Shown here in pieces: positions 37,237 to 47,280 of a stretch of 64,000 nucleotides of DNA (the first letter of the stretch is position 1; each line of letters starts with the position of its first letter). This DNA is from a virus, in IMG/VR virus record IMGVR_UViG_3300031977_002889. The stretch is one strand, 5' to 3'. The position numbers were made by a program, and so were the translations under genes. The notes below the pieces were generated by a model, which did no database searches, was not told the DNA's origin, and was given only the letters and a program-made list of their open reading frames with translations.

Positions 37237-37807
37237 CTACAATATTCCAATAACTTAACCAACCAGTGGTTATATATTTATGTTCATTCGGAGCAGTAAT
37301 ACCTCTATGAGTATGTGTCCAATCTGCTGGCCAAATAACTGTTAATCCTCTTTCAGGTTTGATTTTTAGATTTTGATATAGCCATGATGTTTCTCCACCA
37401 TTTTCTACATCATTAAGATATGTCATAAAAGCTAAGAGTCTTGTATTTGCTATTCCTACTCCAGCTCTTTCAGAATGCCACGCGTGATATCCTTGTTTAG
37501 GAGCATAGTGTTGAATATTAATATATTCTTGTATACCAAATTGATTTTGTTCTTTTAAAACTTCAAATTCATTTACATATTCAGTTACTAATGGATTTAG
37601 TATTTCGTAATAATATTCTTCACCTAACTCTTGTGGCATTTCAACATCTGTACTATCTTTCCATTCTTTATTAACAGAACCTCCAGCTCTACCTTCAAAA
37701 GTATTATCACTAGTATTAATAAAATCAATACATTTATCTAATATTTCATGATCTAAATAATAACCTCGTATAAACGGATTTTGAGTATTTATTAAATGTT
37801 TTTTCAT
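37214..37807 (-). CDS. 2OG-Fe(II) oxygenase (prolyl 4-hydroxylase-like)
   Basis: WHSE, YLNDV..GGET, THTHRG, KYITTGW. Confidence 0.85.
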   Translation of the reverse strand: MKKHLINTQNPFIRGYYLDHEILDKCIDFINTSDNTFEGRAGGSVNKEWKDSTDVEMPQELGEEYYYEILNPLVTEYVNEFEVLKEQNQFGIQEYINIQHYAPKQGYHAWHSERAGVGIANTRLLAFMTYLNDVENGGETSWLYQNLKIKPERGLTVIWPADWTHTHRGITAPNEHKYITTGWLSYWNIVDEDSSIK

Positions 37808-38394
37808 TACATAAAATCACTTAAATCCGAGTCTGCCGATTTTGTTTGACGTTTAATCTTTTTCTTCTCTTCTTTGACAAAGTCTTTAACTTCTGCATCA
37901 GCCGCTCGAACTTTATCGATACGGTCACGCAACGTATCCACAAATGCTCCAGCCACATGCGCTGCTATATCCTCACCACCAACATCAATAAAATTCTCAA
38001 CCCCTGAACGAGTAAGATATTTAATTTTGATGTCTTGTTGTTTCTTTTCTTTTGCGATTCTTCGTAAAAAGGCATACCATGAGATTTGCGTAAAATAAGC
38101 AAAAGCATTTGGTTTACCTGTACGTGTGGCAGCTTCAATATCATAGTTATTGATAGCTTTCAAACAATTTTCTACAGCATCCATTACCATTTCTTCACGA
38201 TAAGTATAACGAATAAAATTTGATTTGTGAGACAAACCTTCAGCGATTCTTAGAAAACACTGAGCAATATAATCTGGTACAAGTGGAATTTTGTCTTGTT
38301 TCTTTTTAGCTTCATTAACTACTGTTACATAGTCTACCACAGCCTGAGAAAAATCAGCATTATTTACATAGTGTATGCTTTTTCTTTTTGCCAT
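37807..38394 (-). CDS. gp55: late-transcription sigma factor
   Basis: HYVNN, FIRYTYREEMVMDAVENC, NAFAYFTQI. Confidence 0.95.
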   Translation of the reverse strand: MAKRKSIHYVNNADFSQAVVDYVTVVNEAKKKQDKIPLVPDYIAQCFLRIAEGLSHKSNFIRYTYREEMVMDAVENCLKAINNYDIEAATRTGKPNAFAYFTQISWYAFLRRIAKEKKQQDIKIKYLTRSGVENFIDVGGEDIAAHVAGAFVDTLRDRIDKVRAADAEVKDFVKEEKKKIKRQTKSADSDLSDFM

Positions 38395-38417
38395 AATATA
38401 ACTCCATTAATAATAAT

Positions 38418-38446
38418 ATTCTATCAAAAAAATAAAGAAATGTACA
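38418..38446 (-). promoter_or_regulatory. early promoter for gp55
   Basis: TGTACA-17-TAGAAT with TG. Confidence 0.65.
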
Positions 38447-38481
38447 TATAATTTTTTTAGTTTAAGAGGAAAAAATAGGGG

Positions 38482-38511
38482 GTTTACAAGTGATAAAAAC
38501 TATGGTAGAAT
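38482..38511 (+). promoter_or_regulatory. orphan plus-strand early-type promoter
   Basis: GTTTACA-17-TAGAAT with TG; followed by a G-rich run; faces the uvsW operon. Confidence 0.6.
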
Positions 38512-38545
38512 TAACTGTAGTTAGGAGGGAGGAGAGGATACCCTT

Positions 38546-39007
38546 CTAATGGAGCGTCGTTTTACCAGTTGGAAATTTAATCACATTATTATCAGAATCT
38601 GGACTATTCATACTGTCTAAAAAATTATCGAAATCTTCATCTGTAATATCATCCATATCCATACCCATTTTTTCAGCGAGTTGATCGAATGAAAAATCTT
38701 GTCTATTTTTTTCGTGTTTCATACCTAATACACTTCGTGCATAGTGCGATAGCATACTGGCACTTGGATTTGATTCAGCAATTACTTGATTTGAATTTAA
38801 AATATGTAATTCACTTGGATCATCAACAAAAGAAAACCATGGACGAAAAGCATAAAATCTTACACCTCGTTGAAAATCTTCGACCACCATAATTTTCATA
38901 CAAGATCTTACAACAAGACCAGCATCTCCTGATTCTGCAGAAACTACTTCACAAATTACTTCGTCATCATTGGTCATTTTAAATTGTTTGATTGTTGGTT
39001 CGTTCAT
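38546..39007 (-). CDS. conserved hypothetical protein downstream of uvsW (Sm-like)
   Basis: FKMTNDDEVICEV...RPW; C-terminal NVIKFP..LH; synteny. Confidence 0.7.
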   Translation of the reverse strand: MNEPTIKQFKMTNDDEVICEVVSAESGDAGLVVRSCMKIMVVEDFQRGVRFYAFRPWFSFVDDPSELHILNSNQVIAESNPSASMLSHYARSVLGMKHEKNRQDFSFDQLAEKMGMDMDDITDEDFDNFLDSMNSPDSDNNVIKFPTGKTTLH

Positions 39008-40482
39008 AAATCCACCGTATGAGTTTTATATTTAAATTTTTCTTTTTGGTAAATCTTAAGACGTTCTTCACCATGTGAATAAGCAAAATTCTTACCTGTA
39101 ATATTATCTATAATATCATACAATTTAGTTATTGATCCGTCTTCGCTTTGTCTGAGTCCTCTACCGATAGATTGTAAAACACGTATCTGGGATTTTGACG
39201 GACTAGCAAATACGATATTATGCAAATTCCGAATATTAATACCAGTACTAAAGGTACCAAGACTTGCAACAATAATAGCGCCATGTTGTTTCTCCACTAT
39301 TTTACGAATTGCTTCTCTATCTTCGGTGTGTGTCTGTCCAGATACAAAAAATATTTTTCTGTCTTCAGCTGCTTTATCTTTAATTAAATTGAAGAGTGGT
39401 TTTCCATGATTTTCCACAAGGTTGTATAAGACGAGAGTATTGCCCACAGAAGCCAAAGCCAAGTTACGAATAAAACGATTACGTAAATCATGCTTGACAA
39501 TCCAATCGATTTCTTCTTGATAAGTCCTTTTACCAAAATCAGAAGTGTCTTTATATTTGATTTCCAACCTGTCAATGTTGAGGTCTGCGAGGGTTTTTTC
39601 GTCTTGGAGGTTTCTTGTGGTAGTGACGCGGTGTATCTTACCAAAAAGTCCCTGAAGGACGAGCTCGTGGGTTTGTGTTCCATCTAATGTTCCTGTTGTA
39701 CCATATCTGAATCCAGCTTCTGTGGCTTTATTCATAATATTCATCAATGATTTAGATTTAAAACCATGACATTCATCACCAATTACCATTCCAAATTGAT
39801 CGAACCATGCTTTTGGCAATTTATAAATTGATTGCCATGTAGATATACAAATCGCAGCATCAAATTTTTTGTCCTTACCACTATATATACGATGTACACC
39901 TTTAGGTCCCTGACCATACTCAATAAGATCATTATGCATTTGCTCAACTAAAGAAGTAGTAGGTACAATAATTAAAACTCTTCCAGCTTTTGGATATGCC
40001 ACTCCATCAGATAACATCTGCAACCAAAACTTAGCGAGTAAATATATAATTAATGATTTACCAGAACCAGTTGGTGATACAAGTATATTTCTTTTATGAT
40101 GTAAGGCATGACATAAAGCATCGAATTGATAATCTCGTATTTTAAATGGTAGACCTAAACCTTCAATCCATTCCATAATAAGCTTAGGATTAATATGTAC
40201 TGTATCGATAGGACCACCGTATCGGGTGGTTTCGGTACCAAGCATATATGCTCGCTGTTTACAAAATTCTTGTAAGTGAAAAAATAAACCAGCAGGCAAT
40301 TCTCCGCTATTAGAATCAAATAGACGAATCTTACCATCCCACATTCTATTTTTAAATGCTGGCATAAATTTATAACCAGGCACATAGAATGAGAAATATT
40401 CTCTCAATTCAGCTGCTATACCACTATTACATTCTACATGTAAATTAGCGTGAGTTAATTTCCTGACTCGAATTGTTTCCAT
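39004..40482 (-). CDS. uvsW: SF2 helicase UvsW
   Basis: PTGSGKS, DECH, STGINI, QSIGRGLR. Confidence 0.96.
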   Translation of the reverse strand: METIRVRKLTHANLHVECNSGIAAELREYFSFYVPGYKFMPAFKNRMWDGKIRLFDSNSGELPAGLFFHLQEFCKQRAYMLGTETTRYGGPIDTVHINPKLIMEWIEGLGLPFKIRDYQFDALCHALHHKRNILVSPTGSGKSLIIYLLAKFWLQMLSDGVAYPKAGRVLIIVPTTSLVEQMHNDLIEYGQGPKGVHRIYSGKDKKFDAAICISTWQSIYKLPKAWFDQFGMVIGDECHGFKSKSLMNIMNKATEAGFRYGTTGTLDGTQTHELVLQGLFGKIHRVTTTRNLQDEKTLADLNIDRLEIKYKDTSDFGKRTYQEEIDWIVKHDLRNRFIRNLALASVGNTLVLYNLVENHGKPLFNLIKDKAAEDRKIFFVSGQTHTEDREAIRKIVEKQHGAIIVASLGTFSTGINIRNLHNIVFASPSKSQIRVLQSIGRGLRQSEDGSITKLYDIIDNITGKNFAYSHGEERLKIYQKEKFKYKTHTVDL

Positions 40483-40898
40483 TTAATCATATTACTTATA
40501 GTCTGATGACGCCAATTGAGATTATTTATGATCTCCTGCAATGTCTCAACCATTGTCTTATAGTATTGAATTTTCTCTTCTGATTTTTGTATTTCAGGAT
40601 CTGCATCATAATAGTATTCCATTTCACCCTTTAAGATTTTCATACCATCAAAAGGATCTAATGCCCATCCAGTTTCTTTTATTTCTTCTTCTGTCATCTT
40701 ACCATTATAATATAACCACTTTTGTTTTAGCAAAGTTTTTTGTTTAAACTCTGCACGCTTTAACATTAGTTTTGCTGTGGAAAGATATTCGAGATATTTA
40801 CCATGAAGTATTGGTGTATCTCTTGAGGTTTCATCTAAATGATATTCATCAATAGCATTTTCACTTCGCCATTCAGCGAGAATTTTTTCTAAATCCAT
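40455..40898 (-). CDS. uvsY: recombination mediator UvsY
   Basis: LHGKYL, YYNGK, W.QF; synteny. Confidence 0.9.
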   Translation of the reverse strand: MDLEKILAEWRSENAIDEYHLDETSRDTPILHGKYLEYLSTAKLMLKRAEFKQKTLLKQKWLYYNGKMTEEEIKETGWALDPFDGMKILKGEMEYYYDADPEIQKSEEKIQYYKTMVETLQEIINNLNWRHQTISNMIKWKQFESGN

Positions 40899-40906
40899 AA
40901 TATACC

Positions 40907-41407
40907 TTATAATAATTCAAAATAACTAAATCTAAATGATGCTCCAAAAGTAACGAATTCAGTACCACTTGCAGTAGATTGGAATTGCACATCTGTTAAT
41001 GCAACTGGCATACAATCTATATATCTGATTTGTTTTGTCACGTTATTATGACTTGATAATATTGATAATACAATATCTGATACTGTTGGTGGTCTTATTC
41101 CCGCATCTTCTAATCTTGAATTTTCATTATTATCAAGATTAGTTCTCATCCAATTATACATTTCATTGTACGCATCCATATTTTCATCTACAATAATATT
41201 TGCAAGTAATTCATTAAACGTAAGTTTATCACCTACAAATGGAATTGATTGTAGTTTTCGAAACGGTACTTCAACTGCATTCATTATCATACCAGGATGA
41301 GTAAAATCCTGACAGAAAAACTCCAAATTTGGGAAGTTTTTTCTATCAATCGTTATCTTAAACGACGTGGGCTGTAAGTAGTTAATATTTGATGTTAGTT
41401 CTGCCAT
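40907..41407 (-). CDS. gp3: tail tube terminator / completion protein
   Basis: Tube-like fold motifs; position after gp23. Confidence 0.8.
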   Translation of the reverse strand: MAELTSNINYLQPTSFKITIDRKNFPNLEFFCQDFTHPGMIMNAVEVPFRKLQSIPFVGDKLTFNELLANIIVDENMDAYNEMYNWMRTNLDNNENSRLEDAGIRPPTVSDIVLSILSSHNNVTKQIRYIDCMPVALTDVQFQSTASGTEFVTFGASFRFSYFELL

Positions 41408-41412
41408 GATTC

Positions 41413-41420
41413 TATTTATA
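41413..41420 (-). promoter_or_regulatory. late promoter
   Basis: TATAAATA. Confidence 0.75.
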
Positions 41421-41431
41421 ACAGTTTACAT

Positions 41432-41457
41432 AAAAAAAGAGGCGCCGAAGCGCCTCT
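41432..41457 (-). terminator. intrinsic terminator after gp23 with cUUCGg loop
   Basis: AGAGGCGC-TTCG-GCGCCTCT-TTTTTT. Confidence 0.9.
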
Positions 41458-41479
41458 GAGTTGAGATAGAACTTTTTTA

Positions 41480-42814
41480 TCAAGAACCTAGAATGTCGTC
41501 CACTCTGAAGATTCTGTAGTATTGGTTGGTTTTTGCTGTTGCAAGACCATCGCGGTTAGACATATTTCCAACATCTACGAATGGGTTTGATACCATGCCG
41601 TAGCGTGTTTTGAAGCCAATTTTTGGCTGGAATGTGTCTTCTCCAACTGCACGTACCATAGTTAGTGGTACATATGGGCAGTAGAATACACCAGCGTCAT
41701 ATGGGTTAGTGCCTTTGTAACCAACAGTTACATAGTCATTAGTTGCATATGGGTCGATGTATACGCGAGTACGACCGTTTAGTACACCAGCAAATGTGTT
41801 GCCTGTGTCGTCAACGTTCAAGTTAGTGCTTAGAGCTGGTGTGTAGTCCAACATACCTGCTGCGCTCAAAGAAGAAGCAACGTCGCTTGAGCAGATGATA
41901 AAGTTACCTTTACCTCTACGTGTTTCTTTTGCGATTACGTTTGATTCACGCTCGATCTGCATGATCAAGCCTTTGAACTTCTCTACTGACCAACGACCAT
42001 CAGCATCTGTTTGTACGTTGAAGATACCATTGATAGCTGTGTTGGATGTTAGAGCACCAAGCTTCGCTTGTGAGTTGATTGTACGAATTACTTCGCGGTT
42101 GATTTCAGCCATGATCTCAGTTGACAAGATATTCGCCAACTCAGTTTCAGCATCAAGACCATGAATTGCTTTCAAGTCTTGTGCTAGTTCTAAGCTGTAT
42201 TCCGCTTTCAACGCACGTGACTTCGCAGTCACAGTTGCTTTTTCAATGGTGAAACCCATTTCGTTGAACGCAGAACCACCTGTAGAACCAAGTGCTTCAG
42301 CATCTGCCAATGGCATTGCTGAACCTGCAAGAGCAGTAGTAACAGAGTCAGCAATTGTGCTGTCGCCGTCACCATCAGTTGAAGTACCAAGACCTGAACC
42401 GTCTGCTGGCTGTGTGAAGTTTGAGTCACCTGAGTAACCTGTGTTTGCTTCGTTGAACAATGCTTCATCATCTACAGACTGACCATTAGCAGCAGTTTTG
42501 TAACGTGAACGCATTGCAAAGATAAGACCTGTTGGTCCTGTCATTGGCTGAACACCACATACGTCATATGCCATTAAGTTTGGCATTGCGCGACGTACAA
42601 GTGCGATTAGGATTGGGTTCCAATTAGCAGCTGCACCAGTGTTGTTTGTTGGAGCTGCTTCATTGATCATGCCCTCTTCCATAAGAGCTTTTTCTTGGTT
42701 CTCAAGAATTGCTGCTGTTACAGCTCTTCTGTGAGCGTCTTTAATTGAGCCTGCAGATTCTTCATTAAGAACTGGGCTCCACTTTTCGACGAGTTTGTCG
42801 TATGCTACTTGCAT
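41480..42814 (-). CDS. gp23: major capsid protein
   Basis: VQPMTGPTGLIFAMR, ELAQDLKAIHGLDAE, FQPKIGFKTRYG. Confidence 0.98.
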   Translation of the reverse strand: MQVAYDKLVEKWSPVLNEESAGSIKDAHRRAVTAAILENQEKALMEEGMINEAAPTNNTGAAANWNPILIALVRRAMPNLMAYDVCGVQPMTGPTGLIFAMRSRYKTAANGQSVDDEALFNEANTGYSGDSNFTQPADGSGLGTSTDGDGDSTIADSVTTALAGSAMPLADAEALGSTGGSAFNEMGFTIEKATVTAKSRALKAEYSLELAQDLKAIHGLDAETELANILSTEIMAEINREVIRTINSQAKLGALTSNTAINGIFNVQTDADGRWSVEKFKGLIMQIERESNVIAKETRRGKGNFIICSSDVASSLSAAGMLDYTPALSTNLNVDDTGNTFAGVLNGRTRVYIDPYATNDYVTVGYKGTNPYDAGVFYCPYVPLTMVRAVGEDTFQPKIGFKTRYGMVSNPFVDVGNMSNRDGLATAKTNQYYRIFRVDDILGS

Positions 42815-42821
42815 AATTGGA

Positions 42822-43910
42822 TTACTCCCTATTTGTTTGTCTTAGTGCAGTTAGATATTTTGCCATTGAATCTGTTGCAGTGATTTCTGCTCCGTCATCA
42901 ACATCAGTTGGATCTAGATCTGCGGACTCGGTTACTGATTTTTTAAAATATGATTCTTTAACGGTAGCAACTTTTTTCGTAAAAGTTTCTTCGTCTTCAA
43001 AATCAATATCTTCTACTAGACCTTTTAGTTTTTCAACTTGAGTTTCGGCTAGATCTTTAGAAGCTTCACGAATAACTTTTTCGCGCTTTAGTGTTTCTAA
43101 TTCTTCAGCCATTTCGATTTGCTTACCAGTAGAGCTGTTAAGTTTCTCTTCAAGTTCTTCAACTGTTTCGGCTAGTTCGTCAACTAGGTCGACTTTAGAC
43201 TCTGGTACTTCGATGTAAGATTCAGTGAATAGATCTTTCAAGCTATTCATGAATTTTTCTGCGATCTCTGTACGTAGGCCTGATTGGATTGCAACTTTGT
43301 TGTCTTCCATCCAGCCTTCTACAACATAGTTCAAATAGTTATCTACTTGATCTACAAGACCTGCTTTAGTAGATTCAATCTCTTCAGCAAGCTCTTCGTT
43401 GTACTTTTCTTCAAGGCGATCGATTTCTTCTGCTAGCTTCGATTTGATAGCTGCTTCGAAAATAACACCTGCTTTATCCTTGAACTCTTCGCTTAGAGTT
43501 GCTTCATCAGCAATCAATGCATTGAGATCATCAGAAAAATCTGCTTGGTAGTCGATGTCAGCTACTGGCATTTCTACCACTTCGCCTTCTTCTACACCTT
43601 CAGCAAACATTTTTCCATATAGTTCTGACATTTCAGCTTTAGTCATTTTTGACATATGCTGGAAAGCAGCATTAATCATGCCAGCTTTCGTGCCAGGAAC
43701 TGGAGTTGCAGGAGCTTTTTGCATGGCGTCTTTGCCACCTTTATCACCTTTACGTGCCTTAGCATTAGGTCCTTTGTCACCTGCAGCGTCTACAGATGCA
43801 ACGGACTGAGCCTCAGCATTTTTCGGATCATGAGTTGTTCCTTCCACGACTTCGTTCTCTTCGTCATGGAGTTCTACATCCTGATCTTCTATTTGATTTT
43901 CATCAGTCAT
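42822..43910 (-). CDS. gp22: prohead core scaffold protein
   Basis: Acidic coiled coil, IFEAA, YLNYVVEGW; synteny. Confidence 0.92.
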   Translation of the reverse strand: MTDENQIEDQDVELHDEENEVVEGTTHDPKNAEAQSVASVDAAGDKGPNAKARKGDKGGKDAMQKAPATPVPGTKAGMINAAFQHMSKMTKAEMSELYGKMFAEGVEEGEVVEMPVADIDYQADFSDDLNALIADEATLSEEFKDKAGVIFEAAIKSKLAEEIDRLEEKYNEELAEEIESTKAGLVDQVDNYLNYVVEGWMEDNKVAIQSGLRTEIAEKFMNSLKDLFTESYIEVPESKVDLVDELAETVEELEEKLNSSTGKQIEMAEELETLKREKVIREASKDLAETQVEKLKGLVEDIDFEDEETFTKKVATVKESYFKKSVTESADLDPTDVDDGAEITATDSMAKYLTALRQTNRE

Positions 43911-43922
43911 AGATGACTCCTT

Positions 43923-44582
43923 TTAAAATTTAGATTTGAGTAACGAGAGGAAATTCTTAAACTCACGAACCTGTGTCTCATAGAGATCAGTACGTGGAGC
44001 CTTTTTAATTTCAGTCTCCATTTCTTCAATTGCTCTTCGCTCAATAATGCCGTTGTTCCATACCCACTCAACACCTTCCATTACCCCATTTACGAAAGCG
44101 CTAGGTGCGGAGGGATCCTGAACAATATCTACTGCATTGAGTAGAAAGTCGTCTTTAACGACCATTGCGTCATTAGTTCGCTGTAAGCTTCCCATACCAC
44201 GAGTCGAAACGCCCAGTTGAACACCACCTTCGAGTAGACCTTGTACAATCTTACCCATAGGAGTTTCCAATACTGTGGCTTTTCCCACAACATTGTTACC
44301 TGACCAATCCAGGCTTTCAATCTTGTGTGAAACCTTATCCAGATTAACAGTTGGTCCTTCAGGATGATTTAATTCTCCAACCGCACGTCCTTTTTGTACT
44401 TGCTCAACATTGTATTTGTTAACAGCATTTTCCATTACAGTACGTGGGTAAATCCGACCATTTCTGTTCTTCTGTTCAGCGGACATAAACACACCTTCAA
44501 TAGAATACTTTTTAGACCCGTCTTTACGAGCCTCAGTAAGTACTTCTAGATGGTCTTCTGTATATTCCGCTATTAATCTCAT
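43923..44582 (-). CDS. gp21: prohead protease
   Basis: NRNGRIY, GELNHP, GVSTRGMGS, DPSAP. Confidence 0.96.
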   Translation of the reverse strand: MRLIAEYTEDHLEVLTEARKDGSKKYSIEGVFMSAEQKNRNGRIYPRTVMENAVNKYNVEQVQKGRAVGELNHPEGPTVNLDKVSHKIESLDWSGNNVVGKATVLETPMGKIVQGLLEGGVQLGVSTRGMGSLQRTNDAMVVKDDFLLNAVDIVQDPSAPSAFVNGVMEGVEWVWNNGIIERRAIEEMETEIKKAPRTDLYETQVREFKNFLSLLKSKF

Positions 44583-44779
44583 TTCATATCCCTATATTGT
44601 TTAATAAATGTTTCTCCGGCCTTAAATGCTTCTCGCTCTGTACGATATGCATCAAGTGGATCTCCATCTACATAAGCAACATATTTTCCTTTTTCGTTTG
44701 TTACTACTACTTTAATCCCATTAAAGGACCTTGTTTTACCTTTAACTTTTTGTTTCCGTAGAGAGTTAAACCGTTTCAT
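44579..44779 (-). CDS. small prohead core protein (gp68-like position)
   Basis: Synteny before gp21; late promoter upstream. Confidence 0.55.
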   Translation of the reverse strand: MKRFNSLRKQKVKGKTRSFNGIKVVVTNEKGKYVAYVDGDPLDAYRTEREAFKAGETFIKQYRDMK

Positions 44780-44795
44780 TGTTTCTTCTTACTAT

Positions 44796-44803
44796 TATTT
44801 ATA
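44796..44803 (-). promoter_or_regulatory. late promoter
   Basis: TATAAATA. Confidence 0.7.
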
Positions 44804-44867
44804 ATAATTTAAATTTTCACTGTCTAAACTTATGAGAACACGATACGTAGTTTCACGTACATCTCCG

Positions 44868-45188
44868 CTATGTGTCGTCGTCCTCGTCGTCCTCGTCTCC
44901 CATTTCGAGTTCAGCATCATTATCGGGCTCTTGTAAGTCTTCGGTCTCACTTTCTTCATCGGATTGTGCGATATTATCTTCTTCTCCGACATCATCATCC
45001 TCGAGATCGAGTTCAAGCTGTTCTTCTTCAGCTCCGTTATAGATTTGATCAGCGAGTTTAATTTTTTCTTGATCTAATGCATCATTTACTCGCTGTGTCA
45101 TAATTTCACCAAAAATTTCATTGGCTTTATTATAATCTTTATTCAATGCATGTTGGATCATATCAGTTGTCATTGTCATTGTCTTCAC
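44868..45188 (-). CDS. acidic prohead core protein (gp67-like)
   Basis: Follows the portal gene; highly acidic tail. Confidence 0.65.
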   Translation of the reverse strand: MKTMTMTTDMIQHALNKDYNKANEIFGEIMTQRVNDALDQEKIKLADQIYNGAEEEQLELDLEDDDVGEEDNIAQSDEESETEDLQEPDNDAELEMGDEDDEDDDT

Positions 45189-46683
45189 TTTCTTTTGGTT
45201 CTATTTCACCAGATTGAGTTTCACTTTTTATTTCATTTTTCATTCTCTTAATTTCTTCGTCATCTAATAAGAGGACATGTTTAAATACAAATTCCTTTGA
45301 AAAGAATTCTCCAACATATTGTTGCATTTGATCAAGAGTTTGAATTTTTTCTCTAAGTAGTTCTGCGTCTTTTAATTCTGTGAAATGGTTATCACGTACG
45401 TAATCAACTACTATGTCATTTTTAATTTTATCCCAATCTTCTTCAGTAATAACACCTTTTAGAATCAATTGAGTTTTAAGAATACCATAAAATAAATGAG
45501 CAAATCTACGGCGTAATCTATCAATAAACTTTTGGAATTTCAATTCATCTCTTGAAATCTCAGTAGATCGCCCTAAACTAAATTGTGCTTCTTGTTCCAA
45601 ACGATTAATTGGAACATTAAGAGATCTGTACATTCTTTTTTGGAAATATATAATGTCATCAATTTGTCCAAGATTTTCACCGCCAGGAAGTGTAGAAATT
45701 TCAGTACCTCTTCCACCTTCTCTACGTGGCAACCAAAAATCTTCGAGCAATGATTGATGTTTACGATCATCTCGTATTTCGCCAGTTTTAGCATCGTATA
45801 CTAGCTTATTACGATACTTAGCCATAATGTCTTTCATATATTGTTCGGATTTACCACGTGGTAAGTTACCAACATCAATATAGAAAATACGTCTTTCAGG
45901 TGCTCGAGCTAGTCTATAGATGACTAGTGAGTCTTCCATCATACGCAATTGATTAATAGGCTTAATTGCTTTATGAAGATAAGATACAACCTTTTTACGT
46001 GATTCATCAAGTAAACCTGATGTCACATAACTCACTGCATCTAAACTTAATTTCACACCAGCTGTTTGTTGTCCTGGTTTTTCTTGGTAGATATAATATT
46101 CATCAACCTTCTCAACTAAGTTTGCTCCAGTTTTAGGATCTTTTTTCTTCTTAATTTGTTTTACTTTACGAATCTTAGCTGAATCAATTGGTCTAATTTC
46201 TTGAATACCAGCTTTTAGTTGAGATTCATTAACGACTAAGTGATGATAGATTCTGCCATCGACATACCATCTTTTGAAAATATCGTGACCGTTTTCTTGA
46301 AAGTTTAACATAGCAACAATATTATCAAACTCTTCTTTAATAGTTTTCTTAATATTATCTGGTTGCTCTAAGTTATCCAGATTAATATCAATAGGTTGTT
46401 CCATTGCACCCCCAGCAATAGATTCTCCTACGATATCTTCAATCGCGGCATCAACTTCTGGATGCATAGAACATCCACGATATTTCATAATAAGTTGATG
46501 GTTATCTTTTGAGTCATCACCATCAATATTAAGATATTGACCGTAATGTGTACCTGATGCTGTAACATATCCAGCACCATCATCATCTACTGGTGGCACA
46601 ATAGACGGAAGCTTCTTCGGATCAGCCGACTTTCTTTTTATTTCAAAACCAAATAGTGTAACACTTCTATCGTTTTCTGCCAT
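45163..46683 (-). CDS. gp20: portal vertex protein
   Basis: WYVDGR, YRLARAPERRIFYIDVGN, EDFWLPRREG. Confidence 0.98.
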   Translation of the reverse strand: MAENDRSVTLFGFEIKRKSADPKKLPSIVPPVDDDGAGYVTASGTHYGQYLNIDGDDSKDNHQLIMKYRGCSMHPEVDAAIEDIVGESIAGGAMEQPIDINLDNLEQPDNIKKTIKEEFDNIVAMLNFQENGHDIFKRWYVDGRIYHHLVVNESQLKAGIQEIRPIDSAKIRKVKQIKKKKDPKTGANLVEKVDEYYIYQEKPGQQTAGVKLSLDAVSYVTSGLLDESRKKVVSYLHKAIKPINQLRMMEDSLVIYRLARAPERRIFYIDVGNLPRGKSEQYMKDIMAKYRNKLVYDAKTGEIRDDRKHQSLLEDFWLPRREGGRGTEISTLPGGENLGQIDDIIYFQKRMYRSLNVPINRLEQEAQFSLGRSTEISRDELKFQKFIDRLRRRFAHLFYGILKTQLILKGVITEEDWDKIKNDIVVDYVRDNHFTELKDAELLREKIQTLDQMQQYVGEFFSKEFVFKHVLLLDDEEIKRMKNEIKSETQSGEIEPKESEDNDNDN

Positions 46684-46702
46684 TTAAAAATTCCCTAGTA
46701 TA

Positions 46703-46730
46703 AATCAGGGCTGGTGTACCAGCCCTGATT
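46703..46730 (-). terminator. perfect hairpin after gp19 (terminator or processing site)
   Basis: AATCAGGGCTGGT-ac-ACCAGCCCTGATT. Confidence 0.65.
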
Positions 46731-46741
46731 ACTGTATTTAT

Positions 46742-47269
46742 TTAAGTAGTTGTTGCGGCTTCAAAGTACTGATACGCGAAAGTTGTTGTAAATCTTTCGA
46801 TATCATCGTTTGTTCCGTAGTTTAGATCGATTGGAGACAAATCAGTAGGGAATGCACCTCTAAAGATGTATTCTTTAATTGATAATCCTTCACGATCTAG
46901 TTGTTCTACTTTCAGATCTGCTTCGTAAAGAATAGGAGTTGAAAGACCAGTATTTGCTGAGTGAGCATTCATACCATTCATCCATCTTTCCATTGAATCA
47001 CGAATTGCGAAATCTGTATCGTTAATAATTGTCACAGTCCATTCTGCGAATGTGCGATCACCAGCCATTTTAAGTTGGCGTCCACGAAATGGAACCACAA
47101 TAGTACCAAGTGTTGAACCCGGTAATTGCGCTGCTTCGATTAAAAACGAAGTAAGTTCAGCATCCCCACCAGCATAGGCAGGAAAGTTGATTGTTGCTTT
47201 AAAGAGATTAGGACGTGCGCCTCCACCTCTTAATTTTGATTTGAAATCATCTACACCTAAAACTGCCAT
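46742..47269 (-). CDS. gp19: tail tube protein
   Basis: GGARPNLF, AGDRTF..WTVT..ND. Confidence 0.96.
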   Translation of the reverse strand: MAVLGVDDFKSKLRGGGARPNLFKATINFPAYAGGDAELTSFLIEAAQLPGSTLGTIVVPFRGRQLKMAGDRTFAEWTVTIINDTDFAIRDSMERWMNGMNAHSANTGLSTPILYEADLKVEQLDREGLSIKEYIFRGAFPTDLSPIDLNYGTNDDIERFTTTFAYQYFEAATTT

Positions 47270-47280
47270 TTTCTATCTCC

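Noticed and set aside
44795-45016. 73-aa ORF overlapping the gp67-like gene
   Set aside because: Off-frame reading of an acidic low-complexity tail
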